This document shows, one piece after another, positions 1-6,153 of a stretch of 60,771 bases of DNA. Positions within the stretch are counted from its first letter, which is position 1. Every line of letters begins with the position of its first letter. Under the pieces are notes generated by a model. The model had not been told where the DNA came from and ran no database searches. It saw nothing but the letters and a program-made list of their open reading frames with translations. The stretch covers positions 1-60,771 of the forward strand of contig CAZADR010000004.1 of assembly GCA_964484005.1 (NCBI GenBank), in the 5' to 3' direction. The stretch is from an uncultured Candidatus Saccharibacteria bacterium. GTDB lineage: Bacteria > Patescibacteriota > Minisyncoccia > Phycocordibacterales > UBA9973. The position numbers and the translations under genes were made by a program.

Positions 1-331
1 TTGGAAATTTTAGCTCGGCAATTTTTCCCGTATCGAGCAAATATATTATTTTTCCGCCATCAACACTATTTCTCGCCAATCTGTCGGGATGCCACGCTAA
101 AATTCCACTCGCTTCATTTGCTTCGATACGGAGAAGCATTTCATTAAATACTGGCCGACCCGGAGCTTTAGCGGTTTGTTTTTCCACGAAAATATCTACA
201 ACCTCAATTTGTTCTTTTAACGCTAACTCTTTTAGTTCGGCCAGTTGGTCTGAAATGCTTCTAACTTGCCGATCTTCTGTATCGGTAGATTTTCTGGTAT
301 ATATAAAAAATTTTCTAATTTGATTATTCAT
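1..331 (-). CDS. Serine recombinase (resolvase/invertase catalytic domain), N-terminal part; gene runs off the left window edge
   Basis: Not in the ORF track because it is open at the edge. Reverse translation from ATG (329..331): MNNQIRKFFIYTRKSTDTEDRQVRSISDQLAELKELALKEQIEVVDIFVEKQTAKAPGRPVFNEMLLRIEANEASGILAWHPDRLARNSVDGGK... It has the Y-x-R-x-S, S-x-x-Q and DRL-R motifs typical of serine recombinases. Confidence 0.75.
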   Translation of the reverse strand, partial: MNNQIRKFFIYTRKSTDTEDRQVRSISDQLAELKELALKEQIEVVDIFVEKQTAKAPGRPVFNEMLLRIEANEASGILAWHPDRLARNSVDGGKIIYLLDTGKIAELKFP

Positions 332-459
332 ATTGTTGTATTGGCTAACGAGGAGCCACGCTCTGCGTGGCGAACCCTTTTGGATTCAGGATTTTTTGGG
401 GGGAATGCAGAACAGACGGCACTTCGTGCCGACCATATTTTTTGCGGAAATTTGAATTC

Positions 460-705
460 CGATTTGTTGCGGTATGCTCTGGACAAAATTCGAACTTTTT
501 TCGAAGAAAATCCAGAAGAAGAAATCTGAAACAATGTGGACGAAGTTTTGCGGAAACAATTTTCTGGGGAAAGGATTCCGCAAAACTTCGGCTGATTCCT
601 TTTTTCTGAATTCGGATGTCGCAAGCGGAGGAGGAGGGGTCTGGGGAGGAATCCTCCGCTTGCTCCTCTTTTTGTTTTGGCGAAATTCGGGCGGGTTTCC
701 ATAAA
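460..705. repeat. Left arm of long inverted repeat (perfect core 521..698; degenerate extension to ~460)
   Basis: 521..698 is the exact reverse complement of 3237..3414 (178 nt, checked base by base). It is GC-rich and contains the hairpins GAAGTTTTGCGGAA/TTCCGCAAAACTTC and GCAAGCGGAGGA/TCCTCCGCTTGC. Confidence 0.9.
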
Positions 706-769
706 TACATACTATCATATTATTCTAAGTTTGAATATCCTTGTTGTGAATATAAACTTGTAGTATACT

Positions 770-991
770 ATGGGTAAATCAATTAGAACAAAAGAATACG
801 GAGTATTCGTCAAAAGTCTTCGCCAAGCTCGTGAAGAAATGGGTTTAACGCAAGTTGAGGTCGCTAAGAAACTTAAAAGACCACAATCATACATTTCTAA
901 ATGTGAAGCTGGCGAACAAAGGATTGATGTTGTTGAGTTAAATAAGTTTGCGAAACTTTATAAAAAAGAACTTAACTATTTTATTAAATAA
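770..991 (+). CDS. XRE-family helix-turn-helix transcriptional regulator
   Basis: 73 aa. The segment LRQAREEMGLTQVEVAKKLKRPQSYISKCEAGEQRIDVVEL matches the HTH_3/Cro-C1 pattern. Confidence 0.8.
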   Translation: MGKSIRTKEYGVFVKSLRQAREEMGLTQVEVAKKLKRPQSYISKCEAGEQRIDVVELNKFAKLYKKELNYFIK

Positions 992-1005
992 CTAGAATAA
1001 ATTTT

Positions 1006-1251
1006 ATGTTTATAAAAAATTGGAAAGCTTCTCTTGTAGAAAATACTAAAACAATAAAGAAACATTGTGATATTTGTGATAATGAAAGTGAGCACTCAAT
1101 ATGTGTTGAGTATTATGGACCAAGTGTCGGTTTGATTTTTATGAGCAAACCATTACTTTCAATGAAAAGATATTGGCTAGTTTGCTCTATTTGTAAACAA
1201 GGCAATCAAGAAATTTCCAAAGAACAAGTCGAAGCCTATAAAATTAAATAA
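1006..1251 (+). CDS. Zinc-ribbon hypothetical protein
   Basis: 81 aa with two CxxC pairs (CDIC ... YWLVCSIC) about 45 aa apart. Confidence 0.5.
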   Translation: MFIKNWKASLVENTKTIKKHCDICDNESEHSICVEYYGPSVGLIFMSKPLLSMKRYWLVCSICKQGNQEISKEQVEAYKIK

Positions 1252-1257
1252 TAAAAT

Positions 1258-1713
1258 ATGATTATTTTTAATTGGGGAGAAAAAAGTAAAAAAGTTTGCG
1301 ACGCAAGTATTTATAATTGTTCAAATTGTAATCACCTTGCACCTTTTGAAATTAGAACCGATGAAAAAACAGCGGGGGTGTTTTTTATATCTATGGCAAA
1401 ATGGGGTAAAAAATATTATCTTGTTTGCCAAAATTGTTCCGCAGGATTCCCCATTTTGGAAGATAAGATTGATGAAACATTAAAACTATTTACAGAAGCC
1501 CCTAGCCATACTTTAAGTGCAGAAATATATAAAGAACTTAAAGATTTGTTTATTTCGGGAAATTATTTAGGGAGTGAAGAAAAACTTTCAAAATATCCCG
1601 ACGAAGCAAAAAGTGTCTTGAAAGAAAAAGGGTATAGAGAAAATGATGTAAATTATATAATACCCATTGCCTTGAAAGAATTTTTTAGATTGCTAGATAC
1701 GGCAAAAAGTTGA
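1258..1713 (+). CDS. Zinc-ribbon hypothetical protein (paralog-like of the previous ORF) with helical C-terminal extension
   Basis: 151 aa. CSNC ... YYLVCQNC has the same architecture and the same Y-[WY]-LVCxxC core as ORF 1006..1251. Confidence 0.5.
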   Translation: MIIFNWGEKSKKVCDASIYNCSNCNHLAPFEIRTDEKTAGVFFISMAKWGKKYYLVCQNCSAGFPILEDKIDETLKLFTEAPSHTLSAEIYKELKDLFISGNYLGSEEKLSKYPDEAKSVLKEKGYRENDVNYIIPIALKEFFRLLDTAKS

Positions 1714-1777
1714 TGTTGTCGAACCTCAAACTTTTATGAAGATTTATAAATTTAAATATTAAATATTAAATATCATT

Positions 1778-2365
1778 ATGTTTTTTAGTAAAAAACCAAA
1801 AACACCTGAAGCTATTCTCGGTATAACATTAAACCTTCCCGAGGGTTATAAGGTTGAAGAAAAAAAAGAAAACAATTTGGTCGGGAAATTATATACGTAT
1901 AATTATTTTGATAATTCTGGAAAGAAATTATATTCTCATAGTCAACATAAGGACGGGGGGAGCGTAAAATGGGAGTTCGTGAGCGTTTTTGACGAGAAGG
2001 AAAATGAAATTCTTTTTAAAAATAGTGACGGGCTTCTTGTAAATATTGAATACAATGAAAATAATGAAATAATCAATTATAAAGACAATAAAGGTTTTGT
2101 TTGGAATCTTGAAGATCATAATAATCTCAATAATGGTGAAGTAATTGATATATTTGGCGAGAAAATAGCAAAGGGAAAATTTGATATAGACGGAGACGCA
2201 ACTGATGGTTATCAAACTTTCTTTATAAAAAACACAAAACGCAAACCAGTTATAGGGAAAAAAGTATACTCCGCCATAATACATCCAATCACTCATGAAT
2301 ATATGAGTATTAGTAAATATGATCGTAACGGAAATATAATTTGGACGAAAAATAAAAATAATTAA
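1778..2365 (+). CDS. Hypothetical protein (Asn/Lys-rich, weak repeat character)
   Basis: 195-aa ORF on the same strand as its neighbours. No motif recognised. Confidence 0.45.
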   Translation: MFFSKKPKTPEAILGITLNLPEGYKVEEKKENNLVGKLYTYNYFDNSGKKLYSHSQHKDGGSVKWEFVSVFDEKENEILFKNSDGLLVNIEYNENNEIINYKDNKGFVWNLEDHNNLNNGEVIDIFGEKIAKGKFDIDGDATDGYQTFFIKNTKRKPVIGKKVYSAIIHPITHEYMSISKYDRNGNIIWTKNKNN

Positions 2366-2397
2366 AGTGCGGTAAAAAATAAGCGAATAAGTTTTTT

Positions 2398-2541
2398 ATG
2401 GAAACATTTTTTACAATAATATTTATTATAATTTTCTTTTTCTTTTTTCTAAACCGAGCTAATCAAAATATGAAGCCGTGGGTTCGTTGGCTAGGTTGGG
2501 CTATTTTTATATCATATATTATTTTTAGAGCAATAAGATAA
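2398..2541 (+). CDS. Possible small membrane protein (47 aa)
   Basis: Below the ORF-track cutoff. METFFTIIFIIIFFFFFLNRANQNMKPWVRWLGWAIFISYIIFRAIR has two hydrophobic segments and fills the gap between neighbouring plus-strand ORFs. Confidence 0.3.
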   Translation: METFFTIIFIIIFFFFFLNRANQNMKPWVRWLGWAIFISYIIFRAIR

Positions 2542-2548
2542 TGCTAAA

Positions 2549-3235
2549 ATGTTATTGAAAATTTATACAAATGAAGATTTTTATAAATCACGATGTATTG
2601 CGTGTAATTGGATTTTAGATGCTCTGCCTAAAACTTTAAAGAAGGGTGTTGATGTTTGTCCAAATTGTGGAAAGTATGGGTTCACTTACTTCCCAAGTGA
2701 CCAAAGTGCTCATATCTTAGGCGGTATGATACATTTTATTGATAGCTATAATAAAAAAATAACTAGCCCTCGTCATATTTTTCCCCCACAAGTATATCTG
2801 CCGATAATTTTTTTGTGTTCAAATTACGAAACTCTTTTAAGTGATTTAGTAAGAGGTATTATGAATCAATATGGTTCTTATCTTGGTAGGCTTGCAAGAC
2901 TTATGATTTTTGAAGATGAGTATGATAGACGTGGAAATGAAGAATTATTTAAGAGATTAACAGGAAAAAGCATACAAGAAGCTGTACAAAATGAATTTCC
3001 TGATTTTATACAAAAACTAAAAGAAATGTACACAGTGAGAAATCATGTTGTTCATGGTAAAGATATAGATAATACCGAGCAAGCATTAAGTAAACCTAAT
3101 GAAGCAATAGATTTACTGCTTGCTTCTGTTTCTGTTTTTTCCTACCTTACCAATACCTATGTTTGTAAATTTACTGATAATGTAGATTTTAAAAAAATTT
3201 TAAGATTAGGAAAAACAGAAACTTTTAATCCTTAG
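2549..3235 (+). CDS. Zn-ribbon protein with C-terminal HEPN-like domain (R-x4-H motif)
   Basis: 228 aa. The N-terminus has CIAC...CPNC. The C-terminal helical region carries MYTVRNHVVHGKD (R-N-x-x-x-H), the HEPN ribonuclease signature. Confidence 0.5.
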   Translation: MLLKIYTNEDFYKSRCIACNWILDALPKTLKKGVDVCPNCGKYGFTYFPSDQSAHILGGMIHFIDSYNKKITSPRHIFPPQVYLPIIFLCSNYETLLSDLVRGIMNQYGSYLGRLARLMIFEDEYDRRGNEELFKRLTGKSIQEAVQNEFPDFIQKLKEMYTVRNHVVHGKDIDNTEQALSKPNEAIDLLLASVSVFSYLTNTYVCKFTDNVDFKKILRLGKTETFNP

Positions 3236-3236
3236 A

Positions 3237-3480
3237 AAACCCGCCCGAATTTCGCCAAAACAAAAAGAGGAGCAAGCGGAGGATTCCTCCCCAGACCCCT
3301 CCTCCTCCGCTTGCGACATCCGAATTCAGAAAAAAGGAATCAGCCGAAGTTTTGCGGAATCCTTTCCCCAGAAAATTGTTTCCGCAAAACTTCGTCCACA
3401 TTGTTTCAGATTTCCTCGTCGGGATTGCTTTCAAAAAAGGTTCGAATTTTGTACAATGAATACCGCAGATTGAAATGCAG
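3237..3480. repeat. Right arm of long inverted repeat (perfect core 3237..3414; degenerate extension to ~3480)
   Basis: Exact reverse complement of 521..698. A further ~60 nt of roughly 75% similarity lies outward. The GC-rich hairpin-dense tract continues to ~3640. Confidence 0.9.
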
Positions 3481-3654
3481 TGAAAATCTGCAAGGGGCGA
3501 AAAGGCAAATTTATTTGCTTTTGGGTGAGGTTCGAAAGGCTTTTCCGTGCGAACAAAGTGAGATGGAAAAGCACCCGCCGCAGTATCGGCGAATCTCACC
3601 GCCTCCGCAGATAAATAAAAGGATTTCGAAAGAATCTTGTGTTATAATAAACAC

Positions 3655-4149
3655 ATGAACACGACCTTAAATCCAGACAAAAAAATAACTTGGTCTGCGC
3701 TGGAATACGAAGAAAAAGAAAGAACCGATGATTGGTTTTGGGCTCTTGGAATTATTATCGTGACCAGCTCTATCGCTTCAATTATTTTTGAAAATTATTT
3801 CTTTGCAGTTCTTCTCGTTTTAGCTGGTGTGCTGTTGGGATTTTTTGCAACTAAAAATCCAGAGATGCTGACTTACGAGTTAAATGTAGACGGATTGGTT
3901 GTGCGCAACCGCCTCTACCCTTACGAAAATATAAAATCTTTCTGGGTTCAGGTAGATGATTCCCCTCTCAATAATATAAAGCCACTGTTGTTTATACACT
4001 CCGAGAGAATATTTATGCCAGTAATAACTATTCCCATACAAAAAATAATGGCGGAAGACATTCATTCTATTTTTCTTTCTCAAGAAATACCTGAAATACC
4101 AATGAAAGAACACCCTTCCGAAAAAATCATGGAGATTTTAGGATTTTAG
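3655..4149 (+). CDS. Membrane protein, unknown function
   Basis: The ORF is 3637..4149; the start is placed at the second ATG (MNTTLNPDKK). Two TM helices (WFWALGIIIVTSSIASIIF, FFAVLLVLAGVLLGFF). TGtTATAAT sits immediately upstream. Confidence 0.6.
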   Translation: MNTTLNPDKKITWSALEYEEKERTDDWFWALGIIIVTSSIASIIFENYFFAVLLVLAGVLLGFFATKNPEMLTYELNVDGLVVRNRLYPYENIKSFWVQVDDSPLNNIKPLLFIHSERIFMPVITIPIQKIMAEDIHSIFLSQEIPEIPMKEHPSEKIMEILGF

Positions 4150-4212
4150 TCTTTGTCACGCTTTACGCGGAGATAAAAAACTGCTAATGTAAAAAAGTAA
4201 AAATAAATAAAC

Positions 4213-4284
4213 GCCCTCATAGTTTAATGGATAGAATGCGAGCTTGCGGAGTTTGCGATCCAGGTTCGATTCCTGGTGAGGGCA
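4213..4284 (+). tRNA. tRNA, probably Arg (anticodon GCG)
   Basis: Acceptor GCCCTCA/TGAGGGC, T-arm CCAGG-TTCGATT-CCTGG, anticodon arm CGAGC-TTGCGGA-GTTTG (two G-U pairs). The anticodon assignment depends on a 4-nt variable loop. Confidence 0.7.
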
Positions 4285-4289
4285 CAAAT

Positions 4290-4317
4290 TTGACTTTTTT
4301 CTATAAAATGATATAAT
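4290..4317 (+). promoter_or_regulatory. Sigma70-like promoter (TTGACT-N16-TGaTATAAT)
   Basis: TTGACT at 4290..4295 and TATAAT at 4312..4317 with an upstream TG. Lies upstream of the GC-rich CDS at 4385. Confidence 0.6.
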
Positions 4318-4384
4318 TTACAGTGAATAGGTTGAGGATTTCCTCAAATGAGTACACTAACAACTAAACCTTAAGGAGAGGACA

Positions 4385-5011
4385 ATGAAAAAGCTTTTCA
4401 TGCTGTTTTGCTTCATCGTCTTGTCGTTCGCTACCGTGGTGAACGCCCAACCGAACATTTTCCCGTCGAGAGAGCAGTGCGAAGCTGCTTTTCTGTCGGG
4501 CACCTACAGTGTGTATGAGCCGAAATTCTTCGGCCTCAAGGAAACCAATCCAGTCGACGGTAAAACAAAAATTACCAATCCTCTGGAATCAAGTGCGTGT
4601 GTGGGAATGCTCACCACCGCCGGAAAGAAGTGGGTGGTTCAAACCGAAGGCACTATCTTACGTTGGAATGTCAACGCAGATGGATCTCTCGGAACCCCCT
4701 ACTCCCGCGACGACTGTGGAAATCCGATTTTTGGAATTTCCTACCCAACAGCACCTCAAGTAGTCGAACATCGTACTCCTGCACCACAACCTCAACCGGT
4801 GGTTGAAATCAATGTAGTGCAGCAAAACGAAAATAGTAGCCCAATCAAAGGGTTGGACTACTACGAGAAACAGTTCAGCGGCCCCACCCCTACTCCTGCC
4901 ACTGAGCAACCCCGCCGCTCTTTCGTGCGAAGGCATTGGAAGGGTATCGCAGGATTGGCAGCTCTGGGAGGAGTTGTCGCATACGGTATCGAGAACTGTT
5001 GGTTTTATTAA
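4385..5011 (+). CDS. Secreted/anchored hypothetical protein (signal peptide, C-terminal hydrophobic anchor), GC-rich
   Basis: 208 aa. N-terminus MKKLFMLFCFIVLSFATVVNAQ, strong SD (AAGGAGAGG), C-terminus GIAGLAALGGVVAYGI. GC content is far above that of the flanks. Confidence 0.7.
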   Translation: MKKLFMLFCFIVLSFATVVNAQPNIFPSREQCEAAFLSGTYSVYEPKFFGLKETNPVDGKTKITNPLESSACVGMLTTAGKKWVVQTEGTILRWNVNADGSLGTPYSRDDCGNPIFGISYPTAPQVVEHRTPAPQPQPVVEINVVQQNENSSPIKGLDYYEKQFSGPTPTPATEQPRRSFVRRHWKGIAGLAALGGVVAYGIENCWFY

Positions 5012-5047
5012 ACCAACACGAGAACATCGAGAATCAAAGGCCTGCTC

Positions 5048-5085
5048 GGCACATCCGAGCAGGCCTTTTCTATTTATATTTAAAA
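5048..5085 (+). terminator. Rho-independent terminator
   Basis: AGGCCTGCTCGG-cacat-CCGAGCAGGCCT followed by a T-rich run. Confidence 0.7.
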
Positions 5086-5146
5086 TTAAAAAATTTACAA
5101 AAAAAGTTTTTGTTTTTTGTATTAAAATAATATTAATACTCGGGTA

Positions 5147-5175
5147 TTGACTTTTTATACAGAAGGTGATATAAT
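5147..5175 (+). promoter_or_regulatory. Sigma70-like promoter (TTGACT-N17-TGaTATAAT)
   Basis: TTGACT at 5147..5152 and TATAAT at 5170..5175. Confidence 0.6.
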
Positions 5176-5276
5176 AGCAAAAGAGCAAAAAGTTAAGGTA
5201 CGTGCGTCTTAGTATAAGATCTCGTATCTTCGTAAACAAAATTAGGATTTTCAAAAAAGGAAAAAGGAGCAACACC

Positions 5277-5957
5277 ATGAGAAACCCAATGTTGTATGTC
5301 CTGTTCACCCTGTTGTTTGTTCTTGTCGGTTGCGGCGGCGGAGATGACTGCAAAACCTGCAACTCTCCGACGGAGCCGATTCCACCCCAGGCGTGCACCG
5401 TCAGGTTCGCGCCGTCAACGTTGGTTGTTCCGGCCGACGGAGGGACGTTCCCTCTCGGACTCACGAAGTGCAACTGCACTTCAGCTCAGTCCAACGTGGG
5501 CTGGGTTACTGTGAACTGGGCAAACCAGACTTTCACGGTGTCTAAAAACACCGTCGACCAGTCTAGGGTAGCTTACATCAGCGCATGCGGCGCTGAGTTA
5601 CGAGTTACCCAGCTCCAGAACAGCACCGCGCCGAACTGCACCTATTCTTTCCCGCCGAGCACGATGACGTGGCCGGCACAAGGAGAGAGTAGTGTGGGTA
5701 TCGGATTCACATCGTCGCCTTACGGTTGTGCGTGGTCGGCTTCGATCTCGAGCAACCCCGGTGACATGGCGTTCAACCTGTCACCGACACCGACGTCGGG
5801 ATACACTCAGCCCGACGGCCAGGGTGGAGGAAAAGGTTTAGTTAATCTAAACCTTCACTCGAACACTGGTGGTGCTCGAGTGGCCATCGTAACGTGGACT
5901 ACCCCGTCGGGTACGTTCACGACTCAGATTCCTCAGGATGCAGCTCCTGGGTTCTGA
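5277..5957 (+). CDS. Lipoprotein with two Ig/BACON-like repeats, very GC-rich
   Basis: The start is taken at ATG 5277 (SD AAAGGAG 8 nt upstream), not at the ORF-track start 5202. MRNPMLYVLFTLLFVLVGCGGG contains a lipobox (LVGC). Two similar ~90-aa modules begin CTVRFAPSTL and CTYSFPPSTM. Confidence 0.7.
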   Translation: MRNPMLYVLFTLLFVLVGCGGGDDCKTCNSPTEPIPPQACTVRFAPSTLVVPADGGTFPLGLTKCNCTSAQSNVGWVTVNWANQTFTVSKNTVDQSRVAYISACGAELRVTQLQNSTAPNCTYSFPPSTMTWPAQGESSVGIGFTSSPYGCAWSASISSNPGDMAFNLSPTPTSGYTQPDGQGGGKGLVNLNLHSNTGGARVAIVTWTTPSGTFTTQIPQDAAPGF

Positions 5958-5979
5958 AACAACATCAAAGCTGCACAAA

Positions 5980-6008
5980 GGGGAGCGCCACGCGCTCCCC
6001 TTTTTTTT
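5980..6008 (+). terminator. Rho-independent terminator
   Basis: GGGGAGCGC-cac-GCGCTCCCC followed by T8. Confidence 0.8.
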
Positions 6009-6153
6009 ATTTTTTATATAATATTATCAAACTCAATGTAATAATTTAAAAACCTACACGTCATGGTGTAAGAGTTTGTATACTTGACATGTAAAACCAT
6101 GTATGATACAATATAAGATATTACTTATTAACAGAATTTTAATACAAAACCAT

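Noticed and set aside
266-718. Six overlapping ORFs (76-124 aa) in the track across the left inverted repeat, mirrored by ORFs at 3225..3658
   Set aside because: The translations are low-complexity and not protein-like. The same peptides reappear only because the DNA is repeated. The region is dominated by strong hairpins and has no start context. I treated it as non-coding repeat.
3310-3345. Resemblance of ACATCCGAATTCAGAA to the conserved CCGAACTCAGAAG segment of 5S rRNA
   Set aside because: The surrounding sequence cannot form the 5S helix I/II/III architecture. No other conserved 5S blocks are present, so the match looks coincidental.
4658-5479. 273-aa minus-strand ORF spanning the GC-rich islet
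   Set aside because: It runs antisense to two well-supported plus-strand genes with signal peptides, SDs and terminators, and it crosses their intergenic promoter and terminator. Long spurious ORFs are expected in GC-rich DNA.
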